Shown: positions 49,240-60,565, counted from the first letter of the stretch. The stretch: DNA of 64,000 bases from Heteronotia binoei (GCF_032191835.1 NC_083240.1:43834001-43898000), one strand, 5' to 3'. Translations and numbers: made by a program. The notes: generated from the sequence alone by a model not told the origin.

Positions 49240-49384
49240 GAGAACTTTTTGGAAAGCAGCTGCAAAGCCTGTGGCAGCACCGAAAACAGCAGCAGCTGCG
49301 TCGAAGTCCTAGTCCCCAGCGAAAGTACTTCCTGCACCTGCCCGACTGGCGGCACTTTGCTGGGTTTGCCGAAAATAAAGAAAG
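49240..49384 (+). CDS. GGNBP2: GGNBP2 exon 10: ENFLESSCKACGSTENSSSCVEVLVPSESTSCTCPTGGTLLGLPKIKK(G)
   Basis: 145 nt, long pyrimidine tract + cAG / aaag|GTatgt. Confidence 0.93.
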
Positions 49385-49447
49385 GTATGTTTCAGATGGG
49401 AGAAAGAAAGCTAAGAAATGTTTTTAATAATACCGGATTAGAAGCAG

Positions 49448-49763
49448 TGGGATTCCCTGCCACAGGTGGTGGTGGCGGCTGAAAGCGTAGGCAGCTTCAA
49501 GAGGGGATTGGATAAGCATCTGGAGCAGAGGTCCGTCAGTGGCTATTAGCCACAGCATATTGTTGGAACTCTCTATCTGGGGCAGTGGTGCTCTGTATTC
49601 TTGGTGCTTGGGGAGGGGAGCACAGTGGGAGGGCTTCTAGTGTCCTGGCCCTACTGGTGGACCTCCTGATGGCACCTGGATTTTTTTGGGCCACTGTGTA
49701 ACACAGAGTGTTGGACTGGATGGGCCATTGGCCTGATCCAGCATGGCTTCTCTGATGTTCTTA
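49448..49763 (+). mobile_element. CR1 3' end
   Basis: ctgccacagg-ggtggtggcggct...ggcttctctgatgttctta. Confidence 0.88.
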
Positions 49764-50183
49764 GCCCTGGCTGGCACAGACTGGGGAGCAGGCGGTTTCT
49801 GACTGTGGGCAAGTGTGACTGGGGGGATGGAGGTGCATTCCACATGCTCTTGGGTACTCTTTTTTTTCCTTTTCCAAATATATTTTTTTATTTTTAACAA
49901 GCAGTGTAAGTATTACTATAACAGTTGCAGTATTCATTCAAAATTACAATAAACTAAACAATTTAAAGCAATTGCAATATTTCCATTCACTGTTTCTCTT
50001 TAAGACAATATTAAGCTTCTACAAGTGTCTATAGGCAATATCAATGAATGTAGAGTTTTCATATATTAAAAATAATATAATTCAGTATAATTAAAAAAAA
50101 CATTATATTAACTTGGTTGTGATTATAATCTCGTTGAGATAAGGGCATGTTGCCCTCCAATACCATATTGTCTAGGGCTTCTT

Positions 50184-51074
50184 GGCCAGTTTGGTTAAGT
50201 GTGCGGACTCTTATCTGGGAGAACCAGATTTGATTCCCCACTCCTCCACTTGCACCTGCTAGCATGGCCTTGGGTCAGCCATAGCTCTGGCAGAGGTTGT
50301 CCTTGAAAGGGCAGCTGCTGTGAGAGCCCTCTCAGCCCCACCCACCTCACAGGGTGTCTGTTGTGGGGGAGGAAGGTAAAGGAGATTGTGAGCTGCTCTG
50401 AGACTCTTCGGAGTGGAGGGCGGGATAGAAATCCAATATCTTCATCTACCTCACAGGGTGTCTATTGTGGGGGAAGGAGGGAAAGGAGATTGTGAGCCCC
50501 TCTGAGACTCTTCGGAGTGGAGGGCGGGATAGAAATCCAATATCTTCATCTACCTCACAGGGTGTCTGTTGTGGGGGAGGAAGGTAAAGGAGATTGTGAG
50601 CCGCTCTGAGACTCTTCGGAGTGGAGGGCAGGATATAAATCCAATATCTTCATCTACCTCACAGGGTGTCTATTGTGGGGGAAGAAGGGAAAGGAGATTG
50701 TGAGCCCCTCTGAGACTCTTCGGAGTGGAGGGCGGGATATAAATCCAATATCTTCATCTACCTCACAGGGTGTCTGTTGTGGGGGAGGAAGGTAAAGGAG
50801 ATTGTGAGCCGCTCTGAGACTCTTCGGAGTGGAGGGCGGGATAGAAATCCAATATCTTCATCTACCTCACAGGGTGTCTGTTGTGGGGGAGGAAGGTAAA
50901 GGAGATTGTGAGCCGCTCTGAGACTCTTCGGAGTGGAGGGCAGGATATAAATCCAATATCTTCATCTACCTCACAGGGTGTCTATTGTGGGGGAAGAAGG
51001 GAAAGGAGATTGTGAGCCCCTCTGAGACTCTTCGGAGTGGAGGGCGGGATATAAATCCAATATCTTCTTCTTCT
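50184..51074 (+). repeat. Squam3-like SINE followed by six extra tandem 104-bp copies of its 3' end
   Basis: Units begin ctacctcacaggg at 50446, 50550, 50654, 50758, 50862, 50966; final (CTT)n tail. Confidence 0.95.
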
Positions 51075-51643
51075 AACTACAATATAAACAAATAATTTAA
51101 AAATAATTAAGCGTAACAAAAATACAGTATTGTCTACCTCTTGGGTACTCGTAAAGCTATCACAGGTTTATCCAGCCCATTTTCATCCCTTCTCCCCCCC
51201 TCCCCACTTAAATGCTGCTTAGCATTTTATTTTCCTTAGAGAAGCAATGAGCATATTTGGGCTATTTGATTAAACAGAGGGGGTGTAGCCTTATTTGGTA
51301 AATTAAGATAAAAAAAATCCTGTCTACCCTGGGACGTGTCCCCTCCTCCCTGTTCTCTACAGTGGTTGGCCCTTTCAGTGCCTTCAGCATGCAGTTGGCC
51401 ACTTGGCTATTAAGAAGGGCCCTGCAGTTGTCCCCTGGAGCGCTGGTAGTCGTAAAATGGATGGGTGTATTTTTTTTGTCTGTCCTTGAAAACGGCTGTT
51501 CGAAGGGAGATGGTATTTAAAGTTGTCTTGGGCCATTCCTCCTCTGTCTTTGGAGCACAGAGCCCCGCCCCCCCCCCCCCCCCCGTGGCCTTGTGCCGCT
51601 TGGATAGGTTAACAGGGTTCTCTCTCTTCCCCACCCCCTCCAG

Positions 51644-51769
51644 GATTATCTGCACACTGTAACGGCAGTGACTGCGGCTACTCGTCCAGCATGGAGGGCA
51701 GCGAAACAGGATCTCGAGAAGGTTCGGATGTCGCTTGCACAGAGGGCATTTGCAACCATGATGAAAACG
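51644..51769 (+). CDS. GGNBP2: GGNBP2 exon 11: (G)LSAHCNGSDCGYSSSMEGSETGSREGSDVACTEGICNHDEN(G)
   Basis: 126 nt, ctccAG / aacg|GTaggc. Confidence 0.96.
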
Positions 51770-52232
51770 GTAGGCCTGGCGTGGAGGGGCATGTTTTAGG
51801 GCGCAGAGGAGCACAAGTGCTCACCATGGCCGTCTCTTGGAAGCTGTTCTTGCTTTTCTACTTCCCAGGCCAAGAAGCCTTCTCCCATCTGCGCATTTCT
51901 TACCCCAGCCCCTGCTGCTTCACTACTTAACCTTGCTTCCCAGGACCCTTTCTTCTCCACTCCCCTGTTCTCTGTGTCAAACACGTCTGCCCTCTGAGTC
52001 TGCCCTTTACCGGGGAAGAGGGAACTGAATAACAGGGTGCACCATGTGTGATCTTAACATTTGTCATCTGTCCCCGTTTAGCTGCTGCTTCCCTTTGTTC
52101 CCACATCTTTTCCCTGTTCTCAAGAATCTTCCTTTTCTCCTCTTTCCCCTGATATCGTCTTGATACTTTTCCTCTCAAGGTGTGCTTAGCCACTTTCTCA
52201 CAACCCTTGTGTGCTCCAAAGTGGCCTGCATG

Positions 52233-52998
52233 TCTATCAGTGGCTATTAGCCACAGCGTATTGTTGGACCTCTCTGTCTGGGGCTGTGATGCTCTGTATT
52301 CTTGGTGCTGGGGGGGGGGCACAGTGGAAGGGCTTCTAGTGTCCTGGCCCCACTGATGGACCTCCTGATGGCACCTGGGTTTTTTGGCCACTGTGTGACA
52401 CAGAAAAAGTGTTGGACTGGATGCGCCATTGGCCTGATCCAACATGGCTTCTCTGATGTTCTTATGTCTGAGGCAAGTGATGTTCTGTATTCTTGGTGCT
52501 GGGGGGCGCACAGTGGAAGGGCTTCTAGTGTCCTGGCCCCACTGTTGGACCTCCTGATGGCGCCAGGTTTTTTGGCCACTGTGCGACACAGAGTTTTGGA
52601 CTGGATGTGCCATTGGCCTGATCCAACATGGCTTCTCTGATGTTCTGTATTCTTGGTGCTGGGGGCACAGTGGAAGGGCTTCTAGTGTCCTGGCCCCACT
52701 GTTGGACCTCCTGATGGCACCTGGGTTTTTTGGCCACTGTGTGACACAGAAAAAGTGTTGGACTGGATGCGCCATTGGCCTGATCCAACATGGCTTCTCT
52801 GATGTTCTTATGTCTGGGGCAAGTGATGTTCTGTATTCTTGGTGCTGGGGGGGGCGCACAGTGGAAGGGCTTCTAGTGTCCTGGCCCCACTGTTGGACCT
52901 CCTGATGGCGCCAGGTTTTTTGGCCACTGCGCGACACAGAGTTTTGGACTGGATGCGCCATTGGCCTGATCCAACATGGCTTCTCTGATGTTCTTATG
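52233..52998 (+). repeat. Tandem array of four CR1 3'-end copies (~160-190 bp, A-B-A-B)
   Basis: ctgtattcttggtgctggg starts at ~52294, 52484, 52645, 52831; each unit ends ggcttctctgatgttct. Confidence 0.93.
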
Positions 52999-53082
52999 TC
53001 CTGGAGGGTCTCTATGCTCTTCTGTCTGTTTCTCTCTTCTCCCCCCGCCTCTTCTCAGAGGATAACCCTGTCTGCCTCGTAG

Positions 53083-53225
53083 GTGAGGACTCCTGCGTCC
53101 ATCACTGCGATCTCAAAGAGGAGGATGGGGACAGTTGTGTGGAGTGCTGGGCCAATTCAGAAGACCACCTTAAAGGGAAAAACCGGAAGAAGAAGAGGAA
53201 AAGCAAGAAGTGTGAGGCTGAGCAT
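53083..53225 (+). CDS. GGNBP2: GGNBP2 exon 12: (G)EDSCVHHCDLKEEDGDSCVECWANSEDHLKGKNRKKKRKSKKCEAEH; alternative acceptor at 53059
   Basis: 143 nt, cgtAG / cat|GTgagt; frame fits exons 11 and 13. Confidence 0.9.
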
Positions 53226-55544
53226 GTGAGTTAAAAGCACCGGGAATCGTGGGCATGGCTTCCTGTCTCTCACGTGGGGCCCCAGGAAGAGGCTGCATCT
53301 CAGTTGCCCCGTGTGTAGAAGTGGGCAGCATCTCAACAGCAAGCATCATGGCCTCCTGACGTAGATAGCCCAGATCTTGGAAGCTGAGCAGGGTTGGCCC
53401 AGGCCCATAGCTAGGAGTTTTTCTGGGATGGGGTACTCATTTAATGAATAGAACTAATTAAATTGGCTGTGTTAAGTAAATGAAGGCAGCTGAGGGGGAG
53501 AGAAACGGGATTACCCATCCCATCTCCAAAGAATGATTTTTTAAAAAACAAAACAAAAACTGGCCGATAGAAACAGTAATTCCATCCTGGATGTCAGTTT
53601 GATCTTGGAAGGAAAAGGATCCACCTTGCCCAAAGAGGCCTGAGAGGCTGTTTGCCTTAAGAGCTAGTTCACTTTAAGCTGGGGAGACCAAGACAGAGGC
53701 AGTAGCCGTCTGAAGACAACAGCAGAGAGGAGTCGGGGCCTTTGAAGAAGCACGTCTCCGATGAAGCTCAGGAGACCTGGCAGGGGGAGGGAGACAGCAG
53801 GCCAGCCTCATTGCCGACCAGGCAAGTCTTCTCCCTGCTGCCTAGCAGAAAGAAGTCTTGGCAGCTGGCAAGGGAGGCCACCCCGTCTCTTCTCTGCTCA
53901 ACTGGCAGGCGGGGGGAAGAGGTAGGAGGCAGAGACCCTTGGTGGAGTCAGCAGGATGATGGCTGCCTCCTCCTTCCCCCTCACTTGTCAGCTGAGCAGA
54001 GTGTGAGTTTAAAGTTCAAACCCCCTCTGGAGTTGCGCTGCAGCCTGATTTCTTCATTGTAATCAAGTGTAAGCCCCTCCTTTGCTCAGCTGATGGGGGG
54101 GGGAAGTGCAGAGGGAGCGGGTGCGGGGGAGGAAATGGGGGTTGACACTGGTCCCCCCAGGCTCTCTCGTCCTCTGGGCGAGAGGAGGGGGGCCAGCAGG
54201 CGGGGGGTAATTTGAGAGAGGGCACCTCCCCTGATGCTTCACCACTGGCTACGGCCTTGGCCAGTATTTGGAAGGGAGACCTCCAAGGAAAGCAGGGTTA
54301 TGATCAATACTCCCTGTAAACTGCAGAGTTCTGAGCAAAAGTTCTACTTTGTGAACTCCTGGCATTAAAGCTGTGAGCTGCTGCAGAAATTAGTGTGCTC
54401 TGGGGCCATGTTTCCTGAGCTAAGACAAAAATGTGTGAGCTGGAGGCTAACAAACTGTGAGCTAGCTCACACTAACTCAGCTTTGAGAGAACGCTGGTCA
54501 TGATGAAGAGGTAGGCAATGGCAAATTGCCCCGAATGTCTCTTGCCCTAAGAACCCTACAGGGTCTCCATAAGTCATCTGTGAGTTGACAACGACAAGCA
54601 AATCATGGCCTCTCTTTGGTCCCCTGCATAACTACCTCCCACAGATCAGACCATGCGATTGATTGGCTTGCTCTGCTGTCAGTCACAGTACCCTCCCTCC
54701 TCCCTGCACAGTGTCTTAAAGATTTTTTTTTTAAAGTGCTGGACATTTGGTGATTTAAAAATACTTCTGCCCTGCTTCCCCACATTGTTTAAAGCAGGTG
54801 ATAGGGAATGTTTTTAAACAAAACACATAGAATGGCAAAAGAACTTGGAAATATCAGCAGATGACATTACAAAATGTCAGACTAGCTAACAGTCCAGATG
54901 GATCGTGGCCTCAGTCAGAGGCCAAATGGGGCAAGCCAAATGAGGAAGGAAGCAAATTTTATTTTGCAAAAGTCTTCCTTGATCCAAAATAGCAGCCTTT
55001 TTTTTTTTGCTTCCATTTTTTGTTTTATTTGCATCTTTAACAATGACTAACTCAAAATGATACTGTCCGTGACTGCTACATTGATTATTCAAGGAGAACA
55101 ATTACGTGAGTCCAAAGAAAAATCATCTTACCCAAAGATAAAGCAGGTCATAAGCAAGGGGTCCTTTCTAAGAAGAGGTTCCTAAGCAATTCAGTTTCTC
55201 ATATTTACGGGTTGTTAACACCACTTCCTAAACAAAGACTTCTTTATCAGCCTGGAAAGGGTGGCCTTCTTTCTGAAGAGAGGTCCAGAGACTGAGTGAT
55301 ATCATTGCTACTCGCCTGTCCTGTGTTGGAGGAGGGCCTCTGAGGGAAACAGGGTGTGTTTGTGTGTGTGTGTGTCAGGGTGGGGGAGAAGGCATGCAGC
55401 CCTCCTTTATACGTGTGTCATTTTGAGGCACAAAAGGAGGAGGCAGTGCAGTTGAGAACCTCACCCCTGGGCACAAGTACATCTTTTTGCACCTGGTGCA
55501 AACTAGAAAATGCCACCAAGCAGTTTTCAGGGCAGGAGACATTC

Positions 55545-55680
55545 AGAGGCGGTTTGCTTTTTGCATCCCAACCCTGGACTTCCTTGCCGGTCTCCCAACC
55601 AAGTAGTAACCAGGGTTGACTCTGCTTAGCTTCTGAGATCTTGACAAGATGAGGCGAGCTTGGGGCATCCGGGTCAAGGT
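55545..55680 (-). mobile_element. 5S rRNA-derived SINE (5S-Sauria-like); related pieces ~53360-53410, 54245-54300, 60145-60255
   Basis: Minus strand reads ATCTTGTCAAGATCTCAGAAGCTAAGCAGAGTCAACCCTGGTTACTACTTGGTTGGGAGACC, a degenerate 5S rRNA segment, joined to a ggtttgc-ttgc Sauria-type segment. Confidence 0.7.
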
Positions 55681-55813
55681 TTGCACCATCCTTCCCAGGA
55701 TTACTTTCAAAAAAGAAAGCAGAATCATTTGGCGCAATGAATCAGTGTTGTGAAATGAATTGCCGCGAAATTGTGCAGAGCAGCAGAGAATGTGCTTTGC
55801 TTCCTCATTCCAG

Positions 55814-56062
55814 ATCCACAAACCGGGTGGCTGCCTTGTAGACTTGAGCAATCGAGAGAACTCAGGGAATCTGGTGCCCACAGAGTTCCACCGAGACAAG
55901 ACCAAAGACCTGCATTCTGAGCCTTGCTGCCGGGTGGAAAAGGTCGGGCAGCCAGTGCCTTGGCTGGAGCACAGGAAGGCGGCAGCGCTGTGCCTGGAAC
56001 CTCCAGAAGCGGCCTCCGTTCCCGATTCTGGAAAGGGTGCCAAGAGCTTGGTGGAGCTCCTT
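55814..56062 (+). CDS. GGNBP2: GGNBP2 exon 13: IHKPGGCLVDLSNRENSGN...FHRDKTKD...PDSGKGAKSLVELL
   Basis: 249 nt, ttccAG / ctt|GTaagt. Confidence 0.95.
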
Positions 56063-56473
56063 GTAAGTAACAGAGAGGACTCTTCCTCTTCCTTCTCCCC
56101 AGCCACAGGCTCTGTCTGGCCACCTACAAGGGGTTTGGTCCTGGAAAGCCTTGTAGGGAGTTCAGTTGCCATTTGGACACTAGTTCATGTTGGATGAGGC
56201 TCACTCCATAGAGAGGGGAGTCATTGACTCTTTGCCGTAACATCTTAAAAACGCTACCTTGATCCATCTGAAACGCTGACGGAGATCTGCCTTATACCAA
56301 ATCTGCCCAGGCCAGTATCGCCCACTCTAATTGGCAGCAGCTCCCCAGGGTCTCAGAGAGAGGGAGGTCTTTCACCTCACCTGTTAATCCGATCCTATGA
56401 ACTGGAGATGCTGAGGACTGAACCGGGGGCTTTGTGGATGCTCTATCACTGAGCCACAGCCCATGCCTTAGTA

Positions 56474-57839
56474 CAGGGTGTGGAACTCATGTGTTATGAG
56501 GGCCAGATTTGACATAAATGGGACTTTGTTGAATCAGGCCATGCATATCATAACATGTAATGCCAAGTAGATAAATTTTCTTGAGGACACAGGCAAGCAC
56601 AACTAAAGATACTAATTTTTTTAGCTTAAATACAAACATGCTTAAAACAGTAACATTCTTGGGAGATTTTGTTTATTTATCAGTCTTTGATACAGGACAC
56701 CTCTCAAACCTTCCCTCCCTTGCCCTTAAAAAATGCCTGCCTAAAATGGAAAGGTGGGGGAATAGTGGGACTTGACAATGCAATCTTTAAAATAACACAT
56801 CAAGAAAAAACACAAGGAACACAGCGGAAATGAAAAATATAAAATGTTCTGAGCCTGGGAAAACATGACATGGCTGGGCATTGCAAACTCACCCCCACCC
56901 CCAAGCACGTCTCCTCATGGTGGAAATGACTGCAGGGTCATAGGTTTTTTTACAGGGTGATTTGAGATAAAAATTTGGTTGTGCTCTTCAGCACTTGTTC
57001 TGCATTGGAGCCCCACATTAGGAGAGTGTGTGTGCTGAAATTAGTATTTCTCTGCAAAATTGGAGTTCCTTCAGTTTGTAAAACTCTATATTTTAACTGT
57101 GGTTGGTCCCAAACCTTCTTTCCACCCCCACGACCATTAATAAATGCCTGCCTAAAATGGAGAGGTAGGGGAATAGTGGGATTTGGCAATGTAATTCTTT
57201 AAACAAAACATCAAGAAAAAACACAAGGATTACAGCAGAAACTAAAAACATAAGCTAAAATAGATCAAGTGCTTTGAGCCTAAGAAAACATGAAATGGCT
57301 GGACATTGCAAGCTCCCCCTGCCCCCCGTCTACTCAGAGTGGCCGAGGCTCTTGATGTAATGTCTTCCTTTGACTGTGGGTTCCCACATTAGAGTATTCA
57401 CTCAGGTACTGGAAACTGAAGCAAGAACTCCACCCAAATGAGATGGGAGAAGCTTGAAGGCCCTTGGAGATAATGGGAAGCAAGAATGCCCGTTTACTTG
57501 CATGGTCTCCACTGAAATGCATCTCAGTACAAGAAAAGTTGCAAAGAAAATGCAGAATGGATTTTCAATTAAGGTCTCTTGGCCCAGACAGACTACTCTG
57601 AGAATGGAAAATCCATTTCACATTTCCATTTCAACCGTTTTTTGTGCTGTGGTGTATTTCAGTGCTTCAGCTGGGGAGGAGATGTCCGCTAAGACCAACT
57701 GGGAAGTTTGGCAGTCCTGCTCTCAGCAGCAGCTCAGAAGGGTGAACAGGCATGGGAGGGAAGCAAAGAAAGCTGCGGGCTGGATTAAAGCCCCGGGCGG
57801 GCTGGTTGCGGCCTGCAGCCTGTAGGTTTGACATCCCTG
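56474..57839. mobile_element. ~1.37-kb non-autonomous hAT element with an internal ~180-bp duplication
   Basis: Ends cagggtgtggaactc / gtttgacatccctg; TSD ccttagta/ccttagaa; left end matches the 19007 and 40114 family. Confidence 0.75.
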
Positions 57840-58264
57840 CCTTAGAACCTCCCATATACAGAGGCAGTCCGCTCTGATCACGGGGCAGGAGACAAATGGG
57901 AGACATTCATGCTCGAGCTGGTGAGCATGTGGTGGAGCGGTTGGAGAACTGAGTTAGAATCCGGGAGACCTTGGTTTGAATCCCCACGGCCTCAGAGCAA
58001 ACTTTGAGTGGTGTTGGCTCCATTGCTTTCTCTCAGCCTAGCCTGCATCACAACGCTGCCAGCCACTCTGAACCCCTCGGATGAGCGATGGGATAAAAGC
58101 AGGATAGGTTTGATTTTTCTAATTCGTGGGTTCAAGCAAAGGTCGAACGAACCATTTCCGTGAAGGGACAGATTTGGGCACCAGGATTTGGGAGAAGGTC
58201 CCACTGTGGGTGGATCTGCCGGAGGTCTTCATCTCTCCCTCTCCTCCATCGTCTTTCCCTTCAG

Positions 58265-58468
58265 GATGAATCTGAATGCACTTCAGACGAGGAAAGCTTC
58301 ATCTCTCAAGATGAGATCCAGTCCTTCATGGCAAACAACAAGTCCTTCTACAGCAATAGAGAACAATACCGGCAGCATCTGAAGGAGAAATTCAACAAAT
58401 ACTGCCGCTTGAACGATCACAAGAGGCCAGCTTGTAGCAGCTGGCTGACAACAGCCGGCGCGAACTAA
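58265..58468 (+). CDS. GGNBP2: GGNBP2 exon 14 (last coding): DESECTSDEESFISQDEIQSFMANNKSFYSNREQYRQHLKEKFNKYC...WLTTAGAN*
   Basis: ttcAG acceptor; TAA 58466-58468; the 13 coding exons total 2100 nt = 699 aa + stop. Confidence 0.97.
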   Translation, partial: DESECTSDEESFISQDEIQSFMANNKSFYSNREQYRQHLKEKFNKYCRLNDHKRPACSSWLTTAGAN

Positions 58469-58987
58469 ACCCAATAAAATTAGTTCTGTCTTTCAACGAA
58501 ACTCTCCAGACGACTACTGCGCCTTTTCTCCTTTTTATCCCCAAACACATTTTCTTTAGTAACCTAACCATCCTATCCTTTGAAATCAATGTGGCTTTTC
58601 TTTTCTTTTTATGTTTCTCCCCTCCCCCTTTTTATTTCCTGCACAGGAGGCTGGAGGAGGCGAGACCTTTCATTTCTGATCGTCCTTTTTTTTCTTTTTC
58701 TTTTCGAGATTGGATTTCTTTTTTTTAGTTTTGACTAGATTGGGGGAACGCCTAGAATCTTTATAATTTGAAGCCATCTCTCTTTCACTCTTATTCATTC
58801 GGTGTTTCTCTTAACTGTGACACTTAATAACAGCAAGAAATAAGCAACTTATAGTGGCAAAAAGTAATGTTGTAATTCTGTACAGAAATGACAATGAGTG
58901 CGATATAAAGATTTTTCAGAGTTAGACATCCATTTGCAAAAATGTTCAGGATGTAATATGTTGGAGCGCAATGTGCAAAAATTTAAA

Positions 58988-58993
58988 AATAAA
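58988..58993 (+). terminator. GGNBP2: GGNBP2 distal poly(A) signal AATAAA (3'UTR ~58469-59020)
   Basis: Canonical hexamer ending an AT-rich 3'UTR; repeat-derived sequence starts shortly after. Confidence 0.8.
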
Positions 58994-59148
58994 GAATATT
59001 TATTAATATGCATAGTAAAAACAAACAAACAAGCAGAGACTTGCATGTTTCTAAGTCTGGCGTGGCGATCCTTCTCCGCAAGGCACAAAAACATCTGCAA
59101 AGCCAGGTGTGGCTCCCCAGTAAGAAAAGTACAATACAGTGGCTTGGT

Positions 59149-60060
59149 ATAGAAACAAAATCACAGAGTTGAAAGGGGCCATGCAGGCCATCTAGTCCAA
59201 CCCTCCTGCTCTGAGTGTCAGTTTGGTGTAGTGGTTAAGTGTGCAGACTCTTATCTGGGCGAACCGGGTTTGATTCTCCACTCCTCCACTTGCAGCTGCT
59301 GGAATGGCCCTGGGTCAGCCGGAGCTTTTGTAGGAGTTGTCCTTGATAGGGCAGCTGCTGTAAAAAGCTCTCTCAGCCCCACCCACCTCACAGGGTGTCT
59401 GTTGTGGGGGGAGAAGATATAGGAGATTGTGAGCCACTGTGAGTCTCTGATTCAGAGAGAAAGAACAGGGAAGGGAAAGGTCCCCTGTGCAAGCACCAGT
59501 CGTTTCTGACTCTAGGGTGACGTCGCTTTCACGTTTTCACAGCAGACTTTTCACAGGGTGGTTTGCCATTGCCTTCCCCAGTCATCTACACTTTCCCCCC
59601 AGCAAGCTGGGGACTCATTTGACCGACCTCGGGAGGATGGAAGGCTGAGTCACCTGGAGCCAGCTACCTGAAAACCCAGCTTCCACCAGGGATCGAACTC
59701 AGGTCATGAGCAGAGCTTAAAAGCTGCAGTACTGCAGCTTTTAACACTCTGCACCACGGGGCTCTTTCAGAGAGAAGGGTGGAGTATAAATCTGCAGTTT
59801 TCTTCTTCAATGCAGGATCAGTTTAGAGCATCCCTGACAGGTGCTTGCCCAGCTGCTGCTTAAAGACTGCCACTGTGGGAGAGCTCACCACCTCCCTAGG
59901 GAGCCGATTCCACTGTTGAATAACGCTTGGTGTAGAAAAGTTTTTCCTGCTATCCATATGGTGCCTCTCCCACCCTTAATTTATATCCATTCTTGTGAGT
60001 CTTCTCCTCTACTGCCAACAGGAACAGTTCCCTGCCCTCCTCTAAGTGAGAGACCTTCAA
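59149..60060. mobile_element. Nested repeats: CR1 3' end (-) split by Squam3 SINE (+, ~59214-59808), itself split by a Sauria-type SINE (-, ~59462-59765)
   Basis: CR1 text rejoins (cctgctc|aatgcagg); 11-bp TSD TTCAGAGAGAA at 59451-59461 and 59766-59776 around the innermost element. Confidence 0.85.
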
Positions 60061-60565
60061 CGAAGACTTCAGAGTTGGCATAGTTGGTGGTGAAAGGTGC
60101 TGTCGGGTTGCAGCAACCCCTCATGGTGCTTTCAAGGCAAGAGACGTTCAGAGGTGGTTTGCCATTGCCTGCCTGGACATTCTTGGTGGTCTCCCATCTA
60201 AGTACTAGCCAGGGCCGACCCTGACTAGGGTCCGGATCAGGCTAGCCTAGGACATGCCACATGGGTTATGGTGGCCATCTCATAAACAATGTCAGATTGC
60301 CCTTGCATCTTAAGGGGACAGCAGAGGTTTCTCTTCCCACTGCAGGACTGCCTTCCTTCCTCCCTCCCTGCTGTTCTTTAGTGACCATTGCCTCCCCCCT
60401 CCCCGAGCAAAATGTCTAGGGTATGTGGGCTGCAGCAAGAGAACTGGCAGGAATCGCCTCTTATCGATTCAAAGGCACTTGCATTTCCTTAACTTCATAA
60501 ATGGGTACAAACAATTGCTTTGTTCTAACTAAGCGTGTGGAGAGAGACTGAACTGCAGGCCAGAA

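Noticed and set aside
50446-51074. CRISPR-like array
   Set aside because: Eukaryotic locus; contiguous near-identical 104-bp units with no unique spacers.
51927-52961. 344-aa minus-strand ORF
   Set aside because: Repetitive translation of the antisense CR1 3'UTR array; no protein-like features.
55587-55680. 5S rRNA gene
   Set aside because: Partial, diverged and fused to SINE sequence.
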